64,000 nucleotides of DNA, taken from positions 128,001 to 192,000 of IMG/VR virus record IMGVR_UViG_3300028886_000037; one strand, 5' to 3'. This document shows, piece after piece, positions 10,284 through 17,872 of this stretch; within the stretch, counting starts at the first letter, position 1; the number at the start of each line of letters is the position of its first letter. The notes beneath the pieces are model-generated. The model saw nothing but the letters and a program-made list of their open reading frames with translations, did no database searches and was not told the DNA's origin. Source of the stretch: a virus (taxonomy: Duplodnaviria > Caudoviricetes). A program made the translations under genes and the position numbers.

Positions 10284-11147
10284 TCACTTGATCATAGAGA
10301 GGAAGTCTTCCGGGCTGATGATCTCGATTCCAAGAGACTTAGCCTTGACAGACTTAGACGAGGTAGAAGACGGATCTTCTTGGACGAGGAAGGAGAGACC
10401 CTTCTTGACGGAAGAGATGGTGCCGCCGTTAGCGATGACGAGTTCTTCGCACTTAGAGCGAGAGCCGATAGCTTCGGCCTTGCCAGTGAAGCAGAAGCTC
10501 TTTCCAGTGAGCTTGCCGTCCTTGACTTCGACCTTCTTTGCAGCTTCCAGCTTGACGAGGCCAGTCTTGATAGCGTTGACCATGTCTTCGCGCTTGAGGC
10601 AGAATTCGAAAGCGAACTTAGCGATCACGTCTTCGCTGACCATAGATGCGGGATGGTGCTTCTTGAGATCCTGAGCAGTTACGCCTGTCAGGACAGCTTC
10701 AGGATCTTCGTAGACGCCCTTGAACGGTGCCAGCTGATCGAGATCGAGGAACTTCTTTTCGCCGAAGCCGCGAAGATCGAACAGAGAGACGAACTTAGCG
10801 AGAGTCATCGGCTTAGCGAGAGCCTTGTGGAGATTCATGTGGATCTTGTAGCCGTTCTTGCTCATGATCACGTTGTAGAAGTCGGTGTTGCTCATCTGTA
10901 GGACTTCCGTGATGGTCTTCTTCTCAGCAGCGAGGTTCTCGATGAAGCCTTCGCCAGCGCCTTCGACTTCGAGCTTCGTGAAGAACTCGGCGAACATGTG
11001 CTTGACTTTGTTCTTGCAGCTCATGTTCTGGCACTCGACGAAGCCAGATTCTGTGATAGTGAGGTCTCCGCCGCAGCACGGGCAAGAGGTCGGAAGGTTG
11101 AGGTTCTTGGTGATGTAGTTGGCGAAGATCGGATGGCAGTTGATCAT
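10284..11147 (-). CDS. ligA: NAD-dependent DNA ligase, C-terminal part (Zn finger, HhH, BRCT)
   Basis: PTSCPCCG..CQNMSC; VEGAGE; LRGFGEK; LTGKSFCFTG..SKSVKAKSLGIEIISPEDF; start set at the ATG after the AAGGA RBS. Confidence 0.88.
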   Translation of the reverse strand: MINCHPIFANYITKNLNLPTSCPCCGGDLTITESGFVECQNMSCKNKVKHMFAEFFTKLEVEGAGEGFIENLAAEKKTITEVLQMSNTDFYNVIMSKNGYKIHMNLHKALAKPMTLAKFVSLFDLRGFGEKKFLDLDQLAPFKGVYEDPEAVLTGVTAQDLKKHHPASMVSEDVIAKFAFEFCLKREDMVNAIKTGLVKLEAAKKVEVKDGKLTGKSFCFTGKAEAIGSRSKCEELVIANGGTISSVKKGLSFLVQEDPSSTSSKSVKAKSLGIEIISPEDFLSMIK

Positions 11148-11257
11148 GTTGACGGTCCTTGTTTTAAGTTTGTATAACAAATATAAGAAAATCAGGGCTT
11201 TTCGTAAACCCTGATTTTTGAGATTTTCTTGATTTTTCTGAGCTTATCTACGCTTTC

Positions 11258-11551
11258 TCATATCTTGTACTCCTGCACCTTCAGACGATACGATCCAGAA
11301 TTTCCGTACTTGAAGAGAAATTCGTCATTTCCGTTCAACATCATCTGCTCAAGAAGATCGAGACGCTCGACCATCCTCCAAGATGAGCTGAACGGTACTT
11401 CGTGTTCTTCGTCTGGCGTGAAGACTCTAGGGCACATTCCAGATAGCGCACGAAGAGCCTCTTCTCTGAACTTAGACGCAAAATCTTCACGCTTGAAGCC
11501 GTGAGCCGCGATATGAGCATGATACTCGTCGGATTCGATTAGAAATAGCAT
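11258..11551 (-). CDS. hypothetical protein
   Basis: coupled ORF. Confidence 0.55.
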   Translation of the reverse strand: MLFLIESDEYHAHIAAHGFKREDFASKFREEALRALSGMCPRVFTPDEEHEVPFSSSWRMVERLDLLEQMMLNGNDEFLFKYGNSGSYRLKVQEYKI

Positions 11552-12033
11552 TAGCAGATCCTCTCAGCATACTGATTGTTTGACGCGAGCTCTACGCCGA
11601 GCACTTCGTCTTTGTGTTTCTCTTCTCCAGGCCGATAGCGTCCGAACTTTACGATGATGTTGTCGAACATCATGTTCAGATAGGTTATCTTCGGATCGAT
11701 CTCCTTAGGATTGTAGCCAGTGTAGATCACGACGACATCGTGAGTGACTTCACGGAACGCCTTGATCAAGCCGATCATTTCCTCCCAGCTGTCAAAGGGC
11801 TCTAAACCGGCGAATACGACCGCTTTTGTCAAATCGTTAGAAACATACCGGGCGACTACGTCCTCTGCTTCTACGACGATTCTACGCGCCTTAGCGAGCT
11901 CCCAGTTCTGACATACCTGATTGCCGTTCTCTGTGTCGCACTTGAACGAGCAGTAAGGAAAAGCTACCAGCATGTGCGGTAGCTTATATTCAGTGAAGCT
12001 CTCGTCGATGAGATCAACCAGCGTTAGTTTCAT
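11551..12033 (-). CDS. nrdG: anaerobic ribonucleotide reductase activase-like radical SAM protein
   Basis: CSFKC..CQN, AGLEPF, IYTGY, KFGRY, LASNNQ. Confidence 0.8.
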   Translation of the reverse strand: MKLTLVDLIDESFTEYKLPHMLVAFPYCSFKCDTENGNQVCQNWELAKARRIVVEAEDVVARYVSNDLTKAVVFAGLEPFDSWEEMIGLIKAFREVTHDVVVIYTGYNPKEIDPKITYLNMMFDNIIVKFGRYRPGEEKHKDEVLGVELASNNQYAERIC

Positions 12034-12529
12034 CGAAACCGACCTTGAAGTAGCTCTCCTGACCAGACAGGAATTCGATCAACTTGCTGCAGAGCTTCTG
12101 TGCGTTGCCGCGATCGATCTTGAAGTAGCGGCGTCCCGGTCTCCATTCATTCGGCTCCTTTGACGGAACGTTCTGATCTTCTGGACGATCAGACGGAGTC
12201 TCTGGCTGCTGCACCATATCTGGCGCTTCGAAGCCCGGAAACTCTTCACCGTTCGCCCAGTAGCGGTAGCGCACCTTCTCTTCATAGGTGAGGCTGAACC
12301 AGTGCTGATTGTAGAGTCTGTGGAGATTCTGGATGCGAGCAGAGAGCTTTCCGAGCTCTTTCTGATAGCACTCTGCGTACTCGATGACATTGTTGATCGA
12401 GAGAAGCGGATTGCTCAGCTTTTCTCTCAGCTGTCTCTTGAGAGCAGTGCGAGTCTTTTCGAGTTCATAGATCTTGTCGATGAACTTTTTCATCTTGACA
12501 TACTTTCCGTTTGTATATAAATCAGGCAT
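12014..12529 (-). CDS. hypothetical coiled-coil protein
   Basis: ORF overlapping neighbours. Confidence 0.55.
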   Translation of the reverse strand: MPDLYTNGKYVKMKKFIDKIYELEKTRTALKRQLREKLSNPLLSINNVIEYAECYQKELGKLSARIQNLHRLYNQHWFSLTYEEKVRYRYWANGEEFPGFEAPDMVQQPETPSDRPEDQNVPSKEPNEWRPGRRYFKIDRGNAQKLCSKLIEFLSGQESYFKVGFDETNAG

Positions 12530-12668
12530 TTTCGTTTCCTTTGTGTTTTAGTTTTCTCGTATACTTAGTTTTGTCTTTCACTACTCTAGTCCGAAGTGTG
12601 GAACCGTTGTTGGTACCACTGATGCGCTCGCTTCTGAGCCGTTCGGACTCTGTAGCCTTGTTAGCCAT
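12522..12668 (-). CDS. 48-aa basic peptide, ArfA/BrfA-like ribosome rescue factor candidate (not in ORF track)
   Basis: manual translation MANKATESERLRSERISGTNNGSTLRTRVVKDKTKYTRKLKHKGNENA; overlaps both neighbours by 8 nt. Confidence 0.55.
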   Translation of the reverse strand: MANKATESERLRSERISGTNNGSTLRTRVVKDKTKYTRKLKHKGNENA

Positions 12669-12837
12669 CCTTGACTCCGTTGTGCATAGCTAGCTTGAGT
12701 CGCTCTGGAATCACGCGAGTCTTGTTGCACACGTCACAGCAGTACCCGTTCTCTACGATCGGATATGCGCTATTGCCGTAGCCTACGTACTTCTGTCCGC
12801 AGAGGCAGCATGTAGAGAGTAAGTTGTGATCTTTCAT
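12661..12837 (-). CDS. 58-aa zinc-finger protein (not in ORF track)
   Basis: CCLCG..GYCCDVCNKTRVIPER; GGAG RBS; motif shared with 30853-31308. Confidence 0.7.
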   Translation of the reverse strand: MKDHNLLSTCCLCGQKYVGYGNSAYPIVENGYCCDVCNKTRVIPERLKLAMHNGVKDG

Positions 12838-12864
12838 AGTTATGCACTCCTCAGTTGTAGTTGA

Positions 12865-13104
12865 TCAGTTGCAGTTGAGAGCGATGTTCGAGATATAGTC
12901 ATCAGCTTTGAACTTCTTGATCGTAGATACGACGAAGTCGATCATGTGGAAGTCCATAGGATCTCCGATGTCGATGCGTCGTTCCCAAGGATGCCATTCG
13001 ATATCCGACAGCTGAGACTTGAGTTCGTCAAGTATCTCTTCGATGACGTCAGCGTCCAGTTCGTTATTGAAGCTGATATAGCCGAAAGTTCCAGATGTAG
13101 CCAT
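12865..13104 (-). CDS. hypothetical protein
   Basis: ORF after early promoter with AGGAG RBS. Confidence 0.6.
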   Translation of the reverse strand: MATSGTFGYISFNNELDADVIEEILDELKSQLSDIEWHPWERRIDIGDPMDFHMIDFVVSTIKKFKADDYISNIALNCN

Positions 13105-13184
13105 TTTGATCTCCTGTTGAAGTAGCCATTTAGTAGCTATTTAGTATAATATAGCTATTTATGGCAGATTTGTAAACCAAGTTC

Positions 13185-13874
13185 TTACCATTCCTTTGTG
13201 CCATCTGCGCCCTTGTGTTCGATCAGGGCTTCCATAGAGTCATACTTGACGTAGCCGCTTTCGTGAATCTTCGCAGCGCCGCTCTCGATAACAGCCTTGA
13301 TGTCTTCCCAGTCTGCCTTGAAGTCATCCACAGAAGTGTACTTCTTGCCGTTGATCTGGCACTGGAGATCGGGCCATTCCTGTTCGCAGTAGCCGTTCAC
13401 GTCGCGGCCCCAGCCGTAGTGAGTCGAAGAGTCGGTAGTGCGCTTCGGCTCGTAGACTCGAACGATCTCGTACCATTTGCCGTCTTGAGCCTTGTACATG
13501 AAAGCCGAGACCCAAGCGAGAGTCTGATGATGACCGTTTATGTGACCCTCATAGTTGGCGTAGACAGACGGATAGAGGAATTCGGCGGGCATAGAGTTCC
13601 AGGTCTCGGAGATCTTCTCCCACCGTTCGATCATCTTTGTCGCTTCGTTGTGAGCCTTGACGAGACGCTTTGCCTTGCGGATCTTCCTTGCGTTCTTGAC
13701 AGGATCAGTTTCCTTGTCGACGTTAGCAGTAGCGCGATCGGACTGCAGACGGAGCTTCTTTTCCTGTTCCCTCCAGTGTTCGAGAACCTTAGCGTTGTAA
13801 GCGCGACGGTCCTGACAGACGCAGTGCTTGCCAGTGAGTTCGTAGATGGAAGAGAGATCGGAAATAGTGACCAT
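13185..13874 (-). CDS. hypothetical early protein
   Basis: ORF after early promoter with AAGGAG RBS. Confidence 0.7.
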   Translation of the reverse strand: MVTISDLSSIYELTGKHCVCQDRRAYNAKVLEHWREQEKKLRLQSDRATANVDKETDPVKNARKIRKAKRLVKAHNEATKMIERWEKISETWNSMPAEFLYPSVYANYEGHINGHHQTLAWVSAFMYKAQDGKWYEIVRVYEPKRTTDSSTHYGWGRDVNGYCEQEWPDLQCQINGKKYTSVDDFKADWEDIKAVIESGAAKIHESGYVKYDSMEALIEHKGADGTKEW

Positions 13875-14045
13875 TGAAGGCTCCTTGTTGAAGTTACATG
13901 ATCAATATAGGTATTTCCCTGAGAAATCTAAACCCCTAAAATCAAGAAAATCTACAAAAATAGGCAGACACAGTCACTGCCATGTCTGCCTGTATCGTCC
14001 TATTTGGCCCAGAACGATATTTGTTTTTCGGCTTTATCTGTGTAG

Positions 14046-14130
14046 TCCTCCAGGAGAGACTCGAACTCTCACGGGCATATTGCCCACCTGCCCCTCAAGC
14101 AGGCCCCTATACCAATTCGGGTACCGGAGG
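14046..14130 (-). tRNA. tRNA-Leu(GAG)
   Basis: cloverleaf, CCTGC-TT GAG GG-GCAGG, long variable arm. Confidence 0.9.
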
Positions 14131-14134
14131 AAAA

Positions 14135-14277
14135 CGAGATTCATTTTAGCGGACCGCCTCCTTTAACCACTTGGATATCTCCGCGAATGAGGTTGTTATG
14201 CGGAGAGACAGGATTCGAACCTGCGAAGGCGCAAGCCAGCGGTTTTACAGACCCTGGGAATTGCTGTTAGAATCTCT
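14135..14277 (-). ncRNA. ACAGCA-scaffold RNA E1 carrying circularly permuted tRNA-Tyr(GTA)
   Basis: GAGATTC/GAATCTC terminal stem + ACAGCAA; tRNA 3' half precedes 5' half. Confidence 0.8.
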
Positions 14278-14279
14278 AG

Positions 14280-14352
14280 CAGGGAAGACAGGATTTGAAC
14301 CCATACCTCGCAGATTTGGAGTCTCGTGTGCTGCCAGTTGCACCACTTCCCT
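14280..14352 (-). tRNA. tRNA-Trp(CCA)
   Basis: CT CCA AA loop; AGGGAAG/CTTCCCT, G73; imperfect anticodon stem. Confidence 0.8.
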
Positions 14353-14469
14353 GAATGCCTCTTTTGATCAATTTCAGAACTTGATCCTGCTGGTGGTAGT
14401 TTTCGATCACAGTGAAGTATCTCGAATTCACTGCTCTCTAGAGCAGAGGCTGAACCTTATCATTCCATA

Positions 14470-14542
14470 TTGCCCGTGATGGACTCGAACCACCGAATAC
14501 ACGAGTCAGAGTCGTGTGCCTTACCAACTTGGCGAACGGGCA
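14470..14542 (-). tRNA. tRNA-Gln(CTG)
   Basis: CACGA-CT CTG AC-TCGTG. Confidence 0.9.
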
Positions 14543-14549
14543 GAAAAAC

Positions 14550-14932
14550 ATGATAGGGACGCCGATCGTTGCTCATTTAAGGCTTATTGATCAGCCGCTG
14601 CTTCGTGTCTCTTCTCTCTTGATCCGAATAGCAGCTTACAAAAGATCAGTCAACGGTTTCTCGTTGACGCTATCTGGTGTGACCAGCACTATCTCTATTC
14701 TTATTAGAGCAAGCACCAAGTTCTTCGTCTTGGAACTAGTAGAGACTGGCATGACCTTACTGAGCAGTTTGCCCAGGAGTTAGACCGATGTTCTGACCAT
14801 CAGCCAAGGGAGCTGAGATTCAAGCTGTGCTGCTCAGCTCTCGCCCTGTCCTCGTTAGCCAAGGCAATTTCCAGTTGCTCTACGCTGCATCGGTTTGTAG
14901 GAATTAAGCTTTAGAGTTGCTGTGCCTATCAT
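14550..14932 (-). ncRNA. ACAGCA-scaffold RNA E2 with ~360-nt structured cargo
   Basis: ATGATAGG/CCTATCAT stem + ACAGCAA; internal hairpins; no minus-strand ORF. Confidence 0.6.
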
Positions 14933-14936
14933 TAAG

Positions 14937-15069
14937 AATCTCTGATGACGCATTACTGAGCTATCCTTTACGCGTTCTCAGCCACTATTCCGCAACTTAT
15001 GCTACTGCACTAGCCCCAAAAGGATCTACCTTGGACGGGCTTTTACTTACATCATCTTCATCAGTGATT
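14937..15069 (-). ncRNA. GATGTAAGTA-type stem RNA, copy 1
   Basis: AATCACTGATGA/TCATCAGAGATT outer stem; motif shared with 20624-20677. Confidence 0.45.
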
Positions 15070-15072
15070 TAG

Positions 15073-15146
15073 TCCCATAGCCGAGATTCGAACCCGAACT
15101 TCATGCGCCACAAGCATGCGTGCTAACCAATTAACACTACTGCGGG
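15073..15146 (-). tRNA. tRNA-His(GTG)
   Basis: CATGC-TT GTG GC-GCATG. Confidence 0.85.
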
Positions 15147-15151
15147 GATGT

Positions 15152-15238
15152 GTAACGAGAGCGTGATGGTGGGCAGTTTAGAACTGCCAAGAATCCTTGC
15201 GGATCACCATCTTCATTTCACCATCACGTTCTCGTTAC
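15152..15238 (-). ncRNA. long hairpin enclosing a T-arm-like module
   Basis: 20-bp outer stem enclosing ATCC-GCAA-GGAT and GGCAG-TTCTAAA-CTGCC. Confidence 0.55.
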
Positions 15239-15242
15239 TTAG

Positions 15243-15316
15243 TAGCTCTGTCGGGACTTGAACCCGAATTTCTAGCTTGAGAGGCTAACGAACTAAACCA
15301 GTTATTCGACGGAGCC
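15243..15316 (-). tRNA. tRNA-Glu(CTC)
   Basis: TTAGC-CT CTC AA-GCTAG. Confidence 0.9.
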
Positions 15317-15321
15317 AAAGA

Positions 15322-15440
15322 CGAGATTCACTTTAGCGGGACTCGAACCCGTAACCTCTTCACTATTTCAGTGAAGTGCTCTACCAATTGAGCTATTTTC
15401 CCAACGGCGGAAAAAACCAGAGTTTGCTGTTGGAATCTCT
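15322..15440 (-). ncRNA. ACAGCA-scaffold RNA E3 carrying an acceptor-less tRNA body
   Basis: GAGATTC/GAATCTC + ACAGCAA; D arm, CTTCACT-GAAAT-AGTGAAG arm and T arm, no acceptor stem. Confidence 0.75.
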
Positions 15441-15442
15441 AG

Positions 15443-15514
15443 AGCACCTAGCGAGGATCGAACTCGCGACTACAGTTTGGAAGACTATCATGTTAGCCAC
15501 TACACCATAGACGC
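15443..15514 (-). tRNA. tRNA-Gly(TCC)
   Basis: CT TCC AA loop, U73. Confidence 0.9.
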
Positions 15515-15520
15515 GGATGT

Positions 15521-16210
15521 TTAATTTATAGAGGAGAGGGTGGGATTCGAACCCACGGAGGTTTCCTCCTCATATAATTTAGTAAAATCATTTCCATACT
15601 TATTTTCGACGTATTCTAAGTATGGCTTAATCTCTCTTTTCGTAATAATCGAAAGCTCTTTAGGAAATTGGTCATATTTTGCTTGCCACTGCTTAGACCA
15701 ATATCCCTTCAATTCAACATATTTTCCATCGACTATGAAGTCTGGAAGATAGTTATATTCTTTGCCTTCGAATATGTACTTAAACTTTTCTTTGTTCCTT
15801 TCGAATTTTATTCCGTGTTCAAGATTATATATCACGTATGCTAGTTCCCAAGAGCTGTCGCAGAAATATCCTTTATACCAACCCTTCTTTCCACGACCAG
15901 ATCCTTTACGATAGCCACCTAATGTGTGCCTAATCTTATTAGTCTCTTTTATCTTTTGTCGTGTTTCTTCCGTTTGGGCATGTTTCTTATATTCGACCCT
16001 TTCTGGATTCTTATAACATCTTTTTTCATGGAATCTCAGTGTATGCTTATATTCAAAATAGTTTCCGCAAAATTTACAATTTCCACCTTTATTAAATAGG
16101 AATTTCTTATGCTCTTTTTTATGATTTTCAGACTTATGTTTCTGAAGATCTCTTCTACTAGTACCGACATATTCACAGAATGAACATGGCCAAGTGTATG
16201 ATAATCTCAT
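15521..16210 (-). CDS. Zn-finger + PD-(D/E)XK homing endonuclease
   Basis: C2H2 fingers; DSSWE..YLPDF..VELKGY; AT-rich; reads into the tRNA fragment. Confidence 0.85.
   Translation of the reverse strand: MRLSYTWPCSFCEYVGTSRRDLQKHKSENHKKEHKKFLFNKGGNCKFCGNYFEYKHTLRFHEKRCYKNPERVEYKKHAQTEETRQKIKETNKIRHTLGGYRKGSGRGKKGWYKGYFCDSSWELAYVIYNLEHGIKFERNKEKFKYIFEGKEYNYLPDFIVDGKYVELKGYWSKQWQAKYDQFPKELSIITKREIKPYLEYVENKYGNDFTKLYEEETSVGSNPTLSSIN
15532..15571 (-). pseudogene. 3' fragment of disrupted tRNA-Ser
   Basis: variable arm, T arm and CCTCTCC, complementary to GGAGAGG at 16391-16397. Confidence 0.8.
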
Positions 16211-16230
16211 ATTACTCTCTCAAAGAAGTA

Positions 16231-16318
16231 AAGCGGGTGTCCGATTCGAACGGACGAGAGGTTTTAACCTCTGCTTGGGTTCAGGCCAAGTGCGATAAAC
16301 CAACTCCGCCAACCCGCC
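16231..16318 (-). tRNA. tRNA-Ser(TGA), nested inside the insertion
   Basis: CTTGG-CC TGA AC-CCAAG, long variable arm. Confidence 0.85.
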
Positions 16319-16354
16319 ATAAATTATTTATACAATCAAGACTAGTGCTTTTTG

Positions 16355-16397
16355 CCAGTTTCAAATCCGGATCCATAAACCACTCGGACACCTCTCC
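16355..16397 (-). pseudogene. 5' fragment of disrupted tRNA-Ser(TGA)
   Basis: GGAGAGG-TG-TCCGAGTGGTTTATGGA-TCCGGA TT TGA AA CTGG, then unrelated sequence. Confidence 0.8.
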
Positions 16398-16404
16398 AAA
16401 GTAG

Positions 16405-16492
16405 AGGCGGGTGCAGGATTCGAACCTGCGGCTCCTTTATGGGGAGCAACTCGTTAGCACCGAGCCGGTTTAGACCACTCACCCAACCCGCC
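16405..16492 (-). tRNA. tRNA-Ser(GCT)
   Basis: GCTCG-GT GCT AA-CGAGT, long variable arm. Confidence 0.9.
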
Positions 16493-16495
16493 ATA

Positions 16496-16569
16496 TCCAC
16501 CCGCTAGGACTTGAACCTAGAACCTCGGGGTTATGAGTCCCTTGCACCAACCAATTGTGCTACAGATGG
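16496..16569 (-). tRNA. tRNA-Met or Ile2 (CAT)
   Basis: CT CAT AA loop. Confidence 0.8.
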
Positions 16570-16574
16570 GAATC

Positions 16575-16707
16575 AAGATGTCATCTGTGCTCCCGGGGCT
16601 GGACTCGAACCAGCAGCCTTCTGGCGTCTTACTGAGGAAGGTCCTCTGCGACAGCCGTTCTAACCAGTTGAACGTACCCTGGAAAATAGAATTGCGGTTG
16701 ACATCTT
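16575..16707 (-). ncRNA. scaffold RNA E4 (ACCGCAA variant) carrying an Asn-like tRNA with an expanded anticodon arm
   Basis: AAGATGTCA/TGACATCTT stem; D and T arms intact, anticodon arm enlarged by about 20 nt. Confidence 0.7.
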
Positions 16708-16714
16708 TTATTAG

Positions 16715-16761
16715 AGCTACCAGCAGGACTCGAACCTGCGAAGGGATGAACCCAGCAGATT
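16715..16761 (-). pseudogene. orphan 3' tRNA half (U73, long variable arm; Cys-like)
   Basis: AATCTGC-variable arm-GCAGG TTCGAGT CCTGC-TGGTAGC-T, starting at the endonuclease stop. Confidence 0.75.
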
Positions 16762-17374
16762 ATAACAATTTACTGAGGATTCCCTCTATATAGGTTCGTT
16801 TAGCCTCTTTAGGAAGACGTTGGTATTCGGACCAATTACAGCGTCCTAATAGCGTCCATCCTTGCTCCTTTAAATTCTCTGTTCTTTCTTCATCATGTAA
16901 TTTTCCTTTTGATGTGTAATGCGTCTTGCCATCAACTTCAAAATAAAGCTTTTTATCAGGCCATGCAAAATCTAACCAATAGGGTTTTACATAATAGTTA
17001 TTTTCAAATTTTACGTTCTCATTTGTAAAAATGTTAAACCAACTTTGCTCAGCATAACTTCGTTTTCGTCTTCCTATCCATGAACTTGCGCGTCCTTCTC
17101 TATGTGCTTTTTTCATTCCGAGAGAAATTCTTTTGCATATAGCTTCGGTGTTTTTATGTCCTTTACATCGCAGCTTATTTGGATTCTTCTCGCAATGCAT
17201 TTCATGTCTAGTCATTTCACCACGAGTAATATGCTTGATTTTACCGCAGTATTTACATTTTAAATCATATTTAGGTGCTTGGCCATTTTTAATCTTATGT
17301 TCTTCGCTTTTATGCTTATAGAGCTTTCTACGTGATTCGATTTCAGCACCGCAATGTTCGCATACCCAAATCAT
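16760..17374 (-). CDS. Zn-finger + DUF559/Vsr-like homing endonuclease
   Basis: YWLDFAWP..FEVDGKTH. Confidence 0.85.
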   Translation of the reverse strand: MIWVCEHCGAEIESRRKLYKHKSEEHKIKNGQAPKYDLKCKYCGKIKHITRGEMTRHEMHCEKNPNKLRCKGHKNTEAICKRISLGMKKAHREGRASSWIGRRKRSYAEQSWFNIFTNENVKFENNYYVKPYWLDFAWPDKKLYFEVDGKTHYTSKGKLHDEERTENLKEQGWTLLGRCNWSEYQRLPKEAKRTYIEGILSKLL

Positions 17375-17396
17375 TTTTATTTCTCCATTTTAGCTT

Positions 17397-17478
17397 TATA
17401 GTCGTTCCAGCGACCATATTATTTATAGCAGTTAGAAGAACTGGAGATGTTCCTCAGCTGGCTGGAACCAGTTGTCCC
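17397..17478 (-). promoter_or_regulatory. structured endonuclease leader copy 2
   Basis: GGGACA-hairpin(TTCCAG)-CTGA-hairpin-CTAAC-TATAAATA-hairpin(CTGGAA). Confidence 0.7.
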
Positions 17479-17487
17479 ACTATAGTA

Positions 17488-17575
17488 AGCGCTCAGTTGG
17501 ATTTGAACCAACGTGGAGATTTCTCTCAGCGGCTTTGCAGGCCGTGGTCTTCGACCAGGCTCGACCCATGAGCGC
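17488..17575 (-). tRNA. tRNA-Cys(GCA) with long variable arm
   Basis: CGGC-CT GCA AA-GCCG, U73. Confidence 0.85.
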
Positions 17576-17586
17576 ATATTGTTTAG

Positions 17587-17660
17587 TACTCCGTCCAAGA
17601 TTCGAACTTGGATCAAGGGCTTCGTAGGCCCGTATGCTGAGTCCATTACACCAACGGAGC
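17587..17660 (-). tRNA. tRNA-Arg(ACG)
   Basis: CT ACG AA loop. Confidence 0.9.
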
Positions 17661-17665
17661 ATAGT

Positions 17666-17781
17666 CAAGATAACGTCTTTTGAGCTGAGTCCTGAGCCAC
17701 TAGACGACACCGGTATACGCCGATGACTGGATTCGAACCAGTGTTGCAGCTTTGGGATAGTGAAGATGCTGTTGTTATCTT
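17666..17781 (-). ncRNA. ACAGCA-scaffold RNA E5 carrying a circularly permuted tRNA (CCC, Gly-like)
   Basis: AAGATAAC/GTTATCTT; TCCCAA-AGCTG, T arm, acceptor closed by loop, D arm, CAGCT. Confidence 0.8.
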
Positions 17782-17785
17782 ATAG

Positions 17786-17868
17786 TCCTCCAGGAGGGAC
17801 TTGAACCCTCACGCCATTTCTGGCACCAGTTCCTAAGACTGGCGTGTCTGCGATTCCACCACCAGAGG
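17786..17868 (-). tRNA. tRNA-Leu(TAG)
   Basis: CCAGT-CT TAG GA-ACTGG. Confidence 0.9.
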
Positions 17869-17872
17869 ATAG

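Noticed and set aside
14357-14450. Hammerhead ribozyme in a hairpin-rich spacer
   Set aside because: No CUGANGA core found; possibly structured but unassignable.
15572-16354. Group I intron explanation for the split tRNAs
   Set aside because: The inserts are almost entirely ORF, promoter and nested tRNA, leaving no room for a catalytic core; junction nucleotides are lost; some 5' halves are missing.
17397-17478. HDV-like theta or pistol ribozyme for the kissing-loop leader
   Set aside because: Could not fit the P1/P1.1/P3 or pistol topology by eye; left unassigned.
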